From the NCBI GenBank assembly GCA_020852515.1, contig JADZAS010000016.1, positions 186,155 through 250,154 of the forward strand: a stretch of DNA of 64,000 bases, read 5' to 3'. Under the pieces are notes generated by a model. The model was not told the origin of the DNA, made no database searches, and saw only the letters and a list, made by a program, of their open reading frames with translations. Every line of letters begins with the position of its first letter. Position 1 is the stretch's first letter. Position numbers and translations under genes: made by a program. This stretch comes from Phycisphaerales bacterium. Its GTDB lineage: Bacteria; Planctomycetota; Phycisphaerae; Phycisphaerales; UBA5793. Of the stretch, positions 39,614-49,211 are shown in pieces.

Positions 39614-42600
39614 TCAGCGCGAAGGCACCTCCTGAGCGGCAAAGAGCACCCGCGGCCGATCGGACGGGCTCTTCACGCTGGACCGATCGAACACGACCAC
39701 GTAGCGCTGCTCCATCGACGCCTGCAGCCGCGTCAACTTCTGAACCGTGCTGCCGCCGGGCGCATCCGCCCGCTGAATGTCGCCAGGAGTGAAGCCCACG
39801 AGCGTGATGTAGGCGATGAACACGTCGCTGCGCGTCGAGACGCAGTTGCGAATAGCCCGGATGAGCGCCAGGTGTTCGGTCGGGTCGTCCGAGGGGTCGA
39901 AACTGCCTTCCCACGTTGCATCCACACTCAGACCGTTGGGGTTCAGCGGCGAATACGTGAGATTTCCAGTATCGCGTCCGGTCCAGTAGGCCGACTCGCC
40001 GGGCTGCACGCCAGGATCCACCTGGTAGGACACGCCACTGCTGTCCGGCGTCCAGGCTGTGGCCAGGAGCAGTTCGCCAAGCGAAGTGAAGCCAGGCGCC
40101 CGATCGTTGACGGCCAGGCCGCGCGAGGCGGCATCGTCGCGCAGGCCGGAGTTGTTGCCGCCCACGAGCAGATTGCTCACCTCGTAACGAGGTGCGCTCG
40201 ACCAGTCCACGGACTGCATCGTGAAACTGCCGCGGTCCCGGTACGCCCGCAGCGACTCGGCGATACGGAGGTTGTTGTTGGTGCGATCGGGAATCGGCCC
40301 CGCTGCAAAGCGCGGGTGCAGAAACGGCAGGGCCTGGAGCACGCGCAATGGCGCGGTGTTGATGTTGATGCGCCCCTGCGCCAGGGGCACGTTTGAATCG
40401 ACCGAGACGGTGTCGAAGGCGTCAATGATGCGCGTGGCCAGCGGCACGGCGCAGGTGGGCATGGCGAAGTTGCCGCTGCGGGGAATGAAGCGCGTGAAGT
40501 CGAGACGGCCGACGAAGCGGTTCGCAGCGCCGTTGGAGTGCTGGCGGAAGTCGGCGGGATAGCCCACGACTCCGCCCGTCGGCGTCGCCGGACGAATGAT
40601 GTCAGCCAGCACGGCCGCGTTAGCCACGCCGGCGTTGCTCAGTTCCTGCACCATCCGGCCGCGCAGCGATTCGTCGCCGAGCAGTTCGCTCGCGGTCACG
40701 TAGAAGTGCTTCTCAGCAAAGTTGGGATCGATGCCAGGCACCTGCTGGCAATGAATCGTGCCAACCGACGAGAGCAGAAGGAGATCGACGGATGAGCGGA
40801 AATTCTCGTCGGTCTCATCCGTGTTGCCCTGAAGGTCGCCGACAATGAGTTCGAAGGGGGCGAAGATCGGAGCCGCCGCATAGCCCTTTGAGTCACTCGA
40901 GTCGTTGATGAATTCACCCGGACTGCCAAGTCCGGCGCCAATCAACCCGATTGGAATATTGCTTCCTCCGAATGGATCGTCCTGGCGCGCGTCCTTGGAT
41001 CCTCTGCCGCTTGTGGCGATCGCGACAGGTGACTGGAAGAGATATCCGGGCATGCTGTTGCCACTGGCGCCCTTGTCGCTGTAGCGTCTGATCGAGCCCA
41101 CACGAACCGTGAACTCAGATTCGCCAGGGATGTGAGCAGGGTTGGAGACGAGTTCACCGCTCAGCGGAATGATGTTCGGGAAATCGTCGTTCGACGTGGC
41201 TGGTCGAATGCGGTCGATCAAAACTTCCACCGGCGTTCCCGGCGAGCCGTAGGAGGCCGTCCGCCAAAGCGTCACTTCGTCGAAATCCGTGGCGCCGTTC
41301 GAGAATTCGAGGTGCGTGCTGTCATCGCCAATTCGCTGCACCGTCCAGCCGCGCCGACCACTGACGGCGGTCACCCAATCGCTCACGCCGTTTGCCTGTC
41401 CGGACGGGTTGTCCTGAGCAATGTAAAGGATGACGCCCTCTCCGGGCTGGATGTCGGGCGTGCCAGCGGGAATCGTCCATGAGTTGAGCGGGTCATCCCC
41501 GTACTTGATTTTGAATCCGCTCGACACCTTGACCGGGTGTGGCCAGGGGTTGCCCAGTTCGATGGCGAGGATGCGCACCATCCATTCGCCCGCGTCCCCT
41601 TCGACCGGATCGTAATTCCAGAACTCATTGTCATCGATATTGCCGTATACGTTCACCGACGACACTTCGCGAATAAACGGCTGACGCTCCAGGCCCATGA
41701 GTGTGATCGTCGCGCCGCGCTGGTTGCCGCTGGGGCCGGGCAGCGTGGTCGGGATCTTGCCGTGCTCGAACGTGCCGATGATCTCCTTGCCCTGGCGATC
41801 GGTGCCTTGGATCGAGTAGTCGCGATCCATGACGAGCGTGCGGATGGTCGGCGCGCTGTCCTCGTCGTAGGAGTCGATGGCGTTGAGCGCGAGCAGAGCA
41901 GACTTGTAAAAGGCGTAGCCGGCGTCGCCGTCGCCATAGTGCAGCTGCTCGTTGGGGTTGGTGGGCGTCCAGACGACGGGCGAGTTGAAGAGGTTGTAGC
42001 CGCTGTCATTGCCGCTGCCGTCGCGCATGCCGACGTCCACGGCATAGGGGGCCAGGGCCCACATGAACGCGCCGGTGAGCGACTGGGCCGTCGAAACGCT
42101 GTTGGATTCGAGCAGCGCGTTAAGATTGATCGCCGACGAAGGCGAATCGGACTCGGCATAGCCGCGGTTCCATGGCCGCACCGGCCTGCTTCCGTTGTAG
42201 GTTGTCAGCAGGTGGCGCGCATCATCCTGAAGCGTCGCAAGATCGGGCGTGCCCCGGTAAAGATCGACCCGCTCGGTGGAGACAAATCGGTTCCGGAGCG
42301 GACTGTGCCATGTGCGGAAGTCGGCGGGGTCAAAGTTGAGCCCGTCGAACGTCTGCTCGAGGCGCGATGTCGCGCGGTCATTGATGCCGAACATGAAGGT
42401 GCGCAGTTCCATCTCGTCGGCGACGCCGTAGGGCGAGAAACTGCCGCCGGGCCGGTACGGGTTGCGCGCGTATGAGGTCCAGAACGCTTCGCGCTGCTCG
42501 CGCGTGGATCGCTTGAGCGGCGCATATGGCTGGGTGCCGAGAATGCCGGACTGGATCCCCGTGTCGAAGAGGTGCTTCTTGAAGCCCGGCCGGCCGCTCA

Positions 42601-43648
42601 TGGCGCCGTTAATAAACGCGTCGTCGTTGTTCGGTCCACCCCAGTCCTGGAACGCATCGAACAGCAGCGTGTAGAGGTCAACGTCAGCAGGAGTGCGGCC
42701 GAGGCTCACGGCGTCGGTGAATTCGTCAGGGCTGCTGGCGCCCAGTTCAAAGTTGGCGTTGAGGTTGAGCATCGCCGAGGCGTCGACGATTCGGAACGCG
42801 CCGAAGATGCGCATTTCCTTGGGCAGGCCCCAGACGTCGGGCAGTTCGGTCCAGCGGGCGTCGATGCGGCCGTCGCCGTCGGTGTCGGCGCCGAGCATGC
42901 GGTCGGCCCAGGTGACGATGGAATCATCAGCCTCGCCAAGAAACTGCCGACCCATCTGCACGGAGTAATCGAACGGATCGGCGCGATTGGCATTGGTGTA
43001 GGTGTCGAGGCGGTAGGGATTCGCGTTGCTGCCGCCGATGTAAAGATCGGCGTAGAAGCCGCTGTTGTTCCCCAAGCCGCGCGCACCGCTGAAGAACCCC
43101 GCGAGCGACACGAAGCGACCCTGCGGATGCACGTTGGAAATGTGCCGCCAGATGTCCCAGATCCCATCGCCATCGGAATCGACAGGTTCAAGATCAGCCA
43201 GCCATGGGTCGGCGAGCACGTTGAACTGCGACGAATTGCCGGGCCGCGTGTAGGGATAGTCCCAGCGCTCGCCGAGATACAGCTTCTGGAAACCGAGGTT
43301 GTCCGTCAGATCTTCGAAGGGGAATCTCGCGCCGGGATCGCCACCGAATGGGTCGTACGCAATGATCTGGCCGACGTAATCGACGGCCTTGGCCGCCACC
43401 GCGTCGCGGTGGCTCTTCATTTCGCTGGCCGAGGCCGCGAGTCGCTCCTGCTGGCCGACGCCGACGTAGACCGCGGCCGAGATGGCCAGAAGGACCAGTA
43501 CGCCGACCACGAGGATGAGCACGCTGCCGCGCCGGCTCGAGGCCGGCCTGGCGCGATGCCTGCTGGTCTTGTTCTTTCGCCCGTGCATGGTCAATCTCCT
43601 GTGCTGCTCAGGTCCTGGCGCGTCACCGCGCGGTGTGCATCGCCTCAA
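39614..43648 (-). CDS. giant GspK-like minor pseudopilin-domain protein
   Basis: 1344 aa; N-terminus RRGSVLILVVGVLVLLAISAAVYV mirrors the GspK N-terminal helix. Start ATG overlaps the stop of the upstream pseudopilin gene (ATGA). Confidence 0.55.
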   Translation of the reverse strand: MRRCTPRGDAPGPEQHRRLTMHGRKNKTSRHRARPASSRRGSVLILVVGVLVLLAISAAVYVGVGQQERLAASASEMKSHRDAVAAKAVDYVGQIIAYDPFGGDPGARFPFEDLTDNLGFQKLYLGERWDYPYTRPGNSSQFNVLADPWLADLEPVDSDGDGIWDIWRHISNVHPQGRFVSLAGFFSGARGLGNNSGFYADLYIGGSNANPYRLDTYTNANRADPFDYSVQMGRQFLGEADDSIVTWADRMLGADTDGDGRIDARWTELPDVWGLPKEMRIFGAFRIVDASAMLNLNANFELGASSPDEFTDAVSLGRTPADVDLYTLLFDAFQDWGGPNNDDAFINGAMSGRPGFKKHLFDTGIQSGILGTQPYAPLKRSTREQREAFWTSYARNPYRPGGSFSPYGVADEMELRTFMFGINDRATSRLEQTFDGLNFDPADFRTWHSPLRNRFVSTERVDLYRGTPDLATLQDDARHLLTTYNGSRPVRPWNRGYAESDSPSSAINLNALLESNSVSTAQSLTGAFMWALAPYAVDVGMRDGSGNDSGYNLFNSPVVWTPTNPNEQLHYGDGDAGYAFYKSALLALNAIDSYDEDSAPTIRTLVMDRDYSIQGTDRQGKEIIGTFEHGKIPTTLPGPSGNQRGATITLMGLERQPFIREVSSVNVYGNIDDNEFWNYDPVEGDAGEWMVRILAIELGNPWPHPVKVSSGFKIKYGDDPLNSWTIPAGTPDIQPGEGVILYIAQDNPSGQANGVSDWVTAVSGRRGWTVQRIGDDSTHLEFSNGATDFDEVTLWRTASYGSPGTPVEVLIDRIRPATSNDDFPNIIPLSGELVSNPAHIPGESEFTVRVGSIRRYSDKGASGNSMPGYLFQSPVAIATSGRGSKDARQDDPFGGSNIPIGLIGAGLGSPGEFINDSSDSKGYAAAPIFAPFELIVGDLQGNTDETDENFRSSVDLLLLSSVGTIHCQQVPGIDPNFAEKHFYVTASELLGDESLRGRMVQELSNAGVANAAVLADIIRPATPTGGVVGYPADFRQHSNGAANRFVGRLDFTRFIPRSGNFAMPTCAVPLATRIIDAFDTVSVDSNVPLAQGRININTAPLRVLQALPFLHPRFAAGPIPDRTNNNLRIAESLRAYRDRGSFTMQSVDWSSAPRYEVSNLLVGGNNSGLRDDAASRGLAVNDRAPGFTSLGELLLATAWTPDSSGVSYQVDPGVQPGESAYWTGRDTGNLTYSPLNPNGLSVDATWEGSFDPSDDPTEHLALIRAIRNCVSTRSDVFIAYITLVGFTPGDIQRADAPGGSTVQKLTRLQASMEQRYVVVFDRSSVKSPSDRPRVLFAAQEVPSR

Positions 43649-45273
43649 CTGCCCAGCGAATCGGGCGAACCAGGCAGGTTGAAGACGAATTCAAACTGGC
43701 GACCACCCTGGATGCGGCCCTGCGGATCGTGGAGCGTGGCGCGGATGCGGATGAGTTTGGGCCACGGCCAGGCCGCGCTGCGGCTCTCGTCGTTGTCGCG
43801 CGGCACGAAGGCGCCGAACACGGCGTAGTACAGATCATCGTTCTGCGCTTCGACGTTAGGCACCGTGGTAAACGAATCGGAAATGCCGGAACTCGGCGGA
43901 AGCGCCTCCGTCATGAACCACGACCGCGCATCGGGCGGCGTTTGCTCAGCCACATCCTGGTTCGTCTTGCCGGGGTGGAAGGCGTACGGATTGGCGGGGT
44001 TGTTGATGTCGTACCAGACGAGATCGCCTTCGGGATAGTTCACCTGGCCCGTGCTCCACGCGACTTCGAAGTTGCTGCAACCCTGCATGAGCGTCGCGTG
44101 CGTGAGCATCTGGTCCGACCGGCTCGGCGAGGGTACCGCGGATTCGACGCGGATGCGGCCGGTTGAATACATCATCCGGTAACGCTGCTGGCGCGCCCAC
44201 CGCTCGTTGATCGTCTCCAGTTGAGTGCGATCGAGGTTGTCGGAGATGTAGTTCGGCGGGGCATCGACGAGGGCCATGTCCTGCCGCCAGTCCAGACCAC
44301 CCAGCGAGCCGGTGAGCCCCGGGAGAACGATGTCGAGCGGATCGGGCACGCGCTCGAGCAGGCCGGTCTGTCGATTGCGCAGCCATCCGTATTCGGTCAC
44401 GCCGGCCATGACGTCTTGGAGCGACATGTCGATGATGTCCACGTAGCCGGCCGAGAGGCGCCGCCTCGGGTCGCTGGCGCCGAGCGGACAGGGGTAGAAG
44501 TACTGGTTGTCGAACCAGTACGGATCGACTTCGTTGTAGATCTCGATGGGGCTGAGCGCGAAGTTGAGTTCCAGTTCGCTCGTGGAGTTGTCGCACCCGG
44601 CCTGGGCGCGGGTGTAAAGCAGCGCCGGCTGGCGGGCGAGCACCCAGTCCTTGACGTACCGATTGGCGGTGTCGGCGCCGCCCACGCCGCCGGCGGTGCG
44701 GTCCTGGGCGAAGTAGGCGTTATAACCGTTGAGCCCGGTGCCGATCTTGATGCCGTCCACGCCGTCATTGACATTGGGATCGCGCAGTCCGTGCCCCCAC
44801 CACACCCGCGCGACGGCGGAGGCTTCGTTGCGCGCGATGATGTTCTGCTGGCCGAAACTGGGATTCCGATATTGATAACTGGCCTGGTCGCCGCCGGTGA
44901 AGAAGACGATCTGGTCCAGCCGGCGCGTGCCAAGGTCGCGCCCGGCCTGCTCTTCATCCTGGTCGAAATAGATGCCGCGCCGCCTGTTGAAGCGGGTGCG
45001 CACGTCGTTTCCGCTGCCGAGCCGCTCGTTGCGGATGACCATGTACGCCTGGCCGTTGCGGATGATCGAGCCAAAGTCGTCGCGCAAGAGGCGTTCGAGC
45101 GTGCGGCCATACTGCGTGAGTTGCGCCGACGCCTCACCGGTGGAGATGGTGGTGCGGGTGGTGGTGAAGATGCGCCCCACGCCGACGATGAGCAGCAGTG
45201 CCACACCGACGGCCACGATGAGTTCGGCGATCGTGAACGCGCGGCGCGAACGAGGCGCGAATGGATGATGCAT
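43645..45273 (-). CDS. prepilin-type N-terminal cleavage/methylation domain pseudopilin (large)
   Basis: ...RRAFTIAELIVAVGVALLLIVGV: class III signal (G/A-F-T-I/L-E). Confidence 0.7.
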   Translation of the reverse strand: MHHPFAPRSRRAFTIAELIVAVGVALLLIVGVGRIFTTTRTTISTGEASAQLTQYGRTLERLLRDDFGSIIRNGQAYMVIRNERLGSGNDVRTRFNRRRGIYFDQDEEQAGRDLGTRRLDQIVFFTGGDQASYQYRNPSFGQQNIIARNEASAVARVWWGHGLRDPNVNDGVDGIKIGTGLNGYNAYFAQDRTAGGVGGADTANRYVKDWVLARQPALLYTRAQAGCDNSTSELELNFALSPIEIYNEVDPYWFDNQYFYPCPLGASDPRRRLSAGYVDIIDMSLQDVMAGVTEYGWLRNRQTGLLERVPDPLDIVLPGLTGSLGGLDWRQDMALVDAPPNYISDNLDRTQLETINERWARQQRYRMMYSTGRIRVESAVPSPSRSDQMLTHATLMQGCSNFEVAWSTGQVNYPEGDLVWYDINNPANPYAFHPGKTNQDVAEQTPPDARSWFMTEALPPSSGISDSFTTVPNVEAQNDDLYYAVFGAFVPRDNDESRSAAWPWPKLIRIRATLHDPQGRIQGGRQFEFVFNLPGSPDSLGS

Positions 45274-45284
45274 GGCAGCCCTTC

Positions 45285-46562
45285 TCACAATTGCACCTGC
45301 CGGGTCGTCGCCAGCAGCGGGCGAATGCGCCACACGCCGATTTCCTGACCCTGCTCGCTGAACGCCTTGATCGTCGTGGGCATGTACCAGAACTCCACGC
45401 TGCCCGTCATCGGCTCGGCCACGCCGTCCGGACGCACGCGCATCGGCGGGCCTTCGAGTTCAAACCACGGCGAGGCGCCCGTGCTGGGGATGGACCGGCG
45501 CACGCGCAGCACGCTGGTGCCGTCAATGGGCAGCAGCCATGAGCCGGCCTCGAGTTGCTGGGCCATCCCGGTGCCGCGCGTCTGCAGTTCGTACCGGCCT
45601 TCGCGGCTGTTGTAGACCACCAATGCGAAATCTCTTCGCAGCATGCCCGACTGTTCGTTGTTGGAAATACTCCAGCGGCCGGGAATCTCCGGCTCGAAGG
45701 GCGCGTTGAGCCCGTCGAAGCGGTACACAAAAGTCGTGTACTGCATCTGGCCGTCGGCATTGCGGCGGAAGGCCATGTCCCACGCATAGCGCGGCGACGC
45801 GGTCGGATAGGTGCGATCCGGGTGCGAGACGATTCGGTCATTGAGCCAGCGGTACTCGACCGTCACCTGCTTCACAACTTCGTTCACGCCGAGATTGAAG
45901 TAGAACTGGATGCGCCCGGTGAGGAAGTTGATCCGATTGGGCCCCTGCTGGCCCGACAGCCACCCGCGCGCATTCTCGCCTTCGATGAACTGCGGATTGG
46001 TCGGCGCAGACGGGTCGGGAACCAGAGTGAAGTATTCATCCACCGGCACACCGGAGCGCTGATAGATCACCCGCACCAGCAGGTCGCCCGGCTCGCCGTC
46101 GTTGGCAATGGGCCGATACGGCAACTGAACGTCGTACTCGTGATGCACGCCCGGGCTGCCCGAGCCGATCTCGAACGTCGCGTCCTCACGCAGGCGCAGA
46201 TCGGGAAACGGCGGCCGCCACGGCGTCTGGAGGTAGAAGTTGTCGTCGCGGCCCTCGGCGGCGTTGATGCGGTACCACGACGTGCCGAGCAAGTTGGCGA
46301 CGCCCTCGTCGTTGAGCCGCTCGCGCAGCGCCGGCAGGCGCGTGGCGAGCACGCTGTCGGCCGTGGCGCTGACGGAGACCGCCGTCGTGAGGTCATTGGC
46401 CGACTGCTGCTGGCTGATGACGGCGGGAAACACCGCGGCCAGGCCGATCAGGCCGATCGCGAGGATGATCGCGGAGATCAGCACTTCGACAAGCGTGAAG
46501 CCGCGACTGCGGCGCCAGCGAAAGCCGGATGATTCAGAATGTCGATGCGGATCCCTGTGCAT
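45285..46562 (-). CDS. prepilin-type pseudopilin (large)
   Basis: ...SRGFTLVEVLISAIILAIGLIGL class III signal. Confidence 0.7.
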   Translation of the reverse strand: MHRDPHRHSESSGFRWRRSRGFTLVEVLISAIILAIGLIGLAAVFPAVISQQQSANDLTTAVSVSATADSVLATRLPALRERLNDEGVANLLGTSWYRINAAEGRDDNFYLQTPWRPPFPDLRLREDATFEIGSGSPGVHHEYDVQLPYRPIANDGEPGDLLVRVIYQRSGVPVDEYFTLVPDPSAPTNPQFIEGENARGWLSGQQGPNRINFLTGRIQFYFNLGVNEVVKQVTVEYRWLNDRIVSHPDRTYPTASPRYAWDMAFRRNADGQMQYTTFVYRFDGLNAPFEPEIPGRWSISNNEQSGMLRRDFALVVYNSREGRYELQTRGTGMAQQLEAGSWLLPIDGTSVLRVRRSIPSTGASPWFELEGPPMRVRPDGVAEPMTGSVEFWYMPTTIKAFSEQGQEIGVWRIRPLLATTRQVQL

Positions 46563-46565
46563 GGA

Positions 46566-47582
46566 TCACCTCTTAATATCGCGCATGAGTTCGCCGGTGA
46601 ACCGGTTGAAGGAGATCGAGTTGGCGTTGAGTTCAATCCAGTCGTTGATTTCGAGTTGATCCGCCCGGCCGTTGGCGTTTGCATCCCACCGGTCCTGCTG
46701 AAAATCGGGGCCGAGCACCATCCAAGGCTGGCGCACTCCAATCGCATCACTCATCTCAAAAAGATCAACCACCGCCAGCATCGGCACGCAGCGCAACTGG
46801 TATTCCGCATGCACTGACTTCTCTCGCGCGTTATTGAAGTTACCCGTCGTCACCTTGGGCTTCCAGACGCGGTATTCGGTGCTGTCGGGCTCATCGAGAT
46901 CGAGGAACGAGTCGCCGCCGTTGGCCAGGCTGCCGAGTTCTTCCGCATTTGAAACGACTGAGCCGTCGGGGCTGAACCGGATGATGAACGTGTCGAGCAT
47001 CTCGACATCCGGCGTTGTGGGTTCGCTGTCTTCGGCGAACACGCGCACGTCGGTGCGCGGCTGGAGCCAGGGATCAACAGGATACGCCCCGCGGAATTCC
47101 GGAATCGCGCCGAGATCTTCGTACCAGTTGTGCGAATCGATGCCGCCGCTTCCGCGCGAGGCGCCGTAGCCGTAGCCGAACACGCCGGCGCCGCGGGGCA
47201 GGTCCACGGGCGCCTGGCCCTTGATCGCCACGAAAACGGTCGCGGCATCCATGCGGCCGCTGAGGCGATCGGCGTCGTACACCGTCGCCTCCGCGCGCAG
47301 CACTTCCATCGAACACACCTGCCGCACCGTGTCGAAGCGGAACATCACCGCCACGTCGCGACCCTCGCGCACCGCCTGGGAGCGGGCGTTGTTGAGCGTC
47401 GTCGTCACCGCGTTGATCGCGCCGGAAAGGCGGCCGGACTTCTGGATTGACCGAAACGCGGGCAGCGTCGTCACCACCAGCACCAGCATCACGCCCATCA
47501 CCACGAGCAATTCGACGAGCGTGAACGCACGCCGCAATGCGGCGGGGCGCTTCGATTCGCGGTTGTGGGTCATGATCTGCAT
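46566..47582 (-). CDS. prepilin-type pseudopilin (large)
   Basis: ...RRAFTLVELLVVMGVMLVLVV class III signal. Confidence 0.7.
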   Translation of the reverse strand: MQIMTHNRESKRPAALRRAFTLVELLVVMGVMLVLVVTTLPAFRSIQKSGRLSGAINAVTTTLNNARSQAVREGRDVAVMFRFDTVRQVCSMEVLRAEATVYDADRLSGRMDAATVFVAIKGQAPVDLPRGAGVFGYGYGASRGSGGIDSHNWYEDLGAIPEFRGAYPVDPWLQPRTDVRVFAEDSEPTTPDVEMLDTFIIRFSPDGSVVSNAEELGSLANGGDSFLDLDEPDSTEYRVWKPKVTTGNFNNAREKSVHAEYQLRCVPMLAVVDLFEMSDAIGVRQPWMVLGPDFQQDRWDANANGRADQLEINDWIELNANSISFNRFTGELMRDIKR

Positions 47583-47627
47583 ATCCCGATCCTCACTTGC
47601 CTTGGGGGCGCCGACGTTCTGCCGGGC

Positions 47628-48272
47628 TCAGCCCCGCCCCTCGCGAGGCTTGTCCACCTCGTAGGAGTAGATGTTGTCGTCCAGCGTTTCGTATTCGCCG
47701 TCCGGGCCGGCGGACATGAAGTACGGCCGCTCGTTGAGCGGCTTGCCGAAGGCCTCGAATGCCTTTTCGTTCTCTTCAGTTGGATGGATGTAAAGAATCT
47801 CCATCCCCCACGGATCGCGCACCGACGCGCGATCGTCGCTGCTCACGCGTCCGGCGTATGGGTACCCGGCAAGATCCGTGTAAATCTGCTGGCGCTTCAC
47901 GAGGAAGGACGAATCGATCGTGGCCAGCTGCTTGTCGATGCCGGTGAACCCCTGCACCTGCTCCAGGTAGACCGCGATCTCTCGCCGCACTCTCGCCTCG
48001 CTCGCTCCGATACCCGACGGCGGCATGTAGGCGCGGACCTGGAACGGCGGGATGCCGCCCCGCTCCGCCTGATACTCCGTCAGCGTGGCATCGAGCGTCT
48101 GCAGCACCTGCCGGCACTGATCGACCTTCGCCTTGCCGACCACGCTGCGGCCGACCACCACGGTGATCACCGCCAGCAGAACCACCAGCCCGATGACGAT
48201 CATCATCTCGATGAGCGAGAATGCCGGCCGGGATCCAGCCAGGGAGATTGGGCGTGCGTTGGCCGCCGTCAT
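47628..48272 (-). CDS. GspG-like pseudopilin
   Basis: ...RPAFSLIEMMIVIGLVVLL; C-terminal SAGPDGEYETLDDNIYS resembles the GspG Ca-binding tail. Internal Met at 48272 sits directly after the upstream stop. Confidence 0.65.
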   Translation of the reverse strand: MTAANARPISLAGSRPAFSLIEMMIVIGLVVLLAVITVVVGRSVVGKAKVDQCRQVLQTLDATLTEYQAERGGIPPFQVRAYMPPSGIGASEARVRREIAVYLEQVQGFTGIDKQLATIDSSFLVKRQQIYTDLAGYPYAGRVSSDDRASVRDPWGMEILYIHPTEENEKAFEAFGKPLNERPYFMSAGPDGEYETLDDNIYSYEVDKPREGRG

Positions 48273-49189
48273 GACTGCGCCCTCACGATGTTGTCTCGGT
48301 TCTCTGCCGCGTCGATGTCGTCGTTCTTCGCCTTCGTATCCGGGCCCTCGGACATGAGCACGTACTCGACGCTGCGCGCCTGCATGCGGAAACTCTCGAC
48401 CTGGTCCGCCGCCAGCGAGCCGAACCACACCGGCACGTGGTCCTCGAGTCGCTCGCCCTGAGGCAGGACCTTGGGCCAATTGCGGTAGTAGCGGATCGAG
48501 CCGCCCCAGAAGTCATTGATGACGAACAGCGGCCGCACGTCGCGGTCGAAGGGCACGCCGGCGCGGTTCTTGCCGATAGCCACCTGCCGATCGCCGCTGA
48601 CCTGGACATACGGGCCGTAGGTCTTGCCGGGGATCTGCCGCTGCTGATTGACCACCTTTTCCTTGCTCGCCCAATAGGCCGCGCGGCCGTTGCCGTTCGT
48701 GCCTCTGTAGGAATAGCCCCACGCGCGGTCCGGGCCGGGTTCGCGGAAGCCGGCGCCTTCGAGTCCGTCGTCGTATTGGTCGACGTCGCCGTCGCCATTG
48801 AGATCGCCCACGCCCATGAGATACGGCGCCAGCGTGAGCGCGCTGTAGTAATCGATGTCGTCGGAGCGATCGACGGGATATGGCTGCAATTCGCCTCCGC
48901 CGCCCGTGCCGATGGTGTCATCGAGCAGCGGCGGAAAGAAACCGTGGTCGGCGTTGAACTGCGAAAGCCCGGCATCGATCGACTGCATGAGCTTCTCAGT
49001 CGAGGCCCTTTCGCCGGTGCCGCGCACCTTGTTCAGCGCGACGATGAGCAGGCCGACGAGGACCGCGATGATGGCCACCACCATGAGCACTTCGATGAGG
49101 GTGAATCCCCGTCGAATCCGTCCGTTGGCGACGTGCTTGCGCGTTTTGCGTTGCGTCATCGCGGCCTTCCTTTCATCCCGGCGCCGCAC
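48269..49189 (-). CDS. GspG-like major pseudopilin (large)
   Basis: ...RRGFTLIEVLMVVAIIAVLVGLL; C-terminal ...SEGPDTKAKNDDID. Confidence 0.7.
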   Translation of the reverse strand: MRRRDERKAAMTQRKTRKHVANGRIRRGFTLIEVLMVVAIIAVLVGLLIVALNKVRGTGERASTEKLMQSIDAGLSQFNADHGFFPPLLDDTIGTGGGGELQPYPVDRSDDIDYYSALTLAPYLMGVGDLNGDGDVDQYDDGLEGAGFREPGPDRAWGYSYRGTNGNGRAAYWASKEKVVNQQRQIPGKTYGPYVQVSGDRQVAIGKNRAGVPFDRDVRPLFVINDFWGGSIRYYRNWPKVLPQGERLEDHVPVWFGSLAADQVESFRMQARSVEYVLMSEGPDTKAKNDDIDAAENRDNIVRAQS

Positions 49190-49211
49190 CGGTGTCGGCT
49201 GGCGAACCGCA

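Noticed and set aside
40221-46532. Multiple 100-420 aa + strand ORFs inside the pseudopilin cluster (41537..42475, 42572..43828, 43633..44166, 44221..45348, 45555..46532)
   Set aside because: Antisense to pseudopilin genes that carry unmistakable class III signal peptides. Low-complexity translations.
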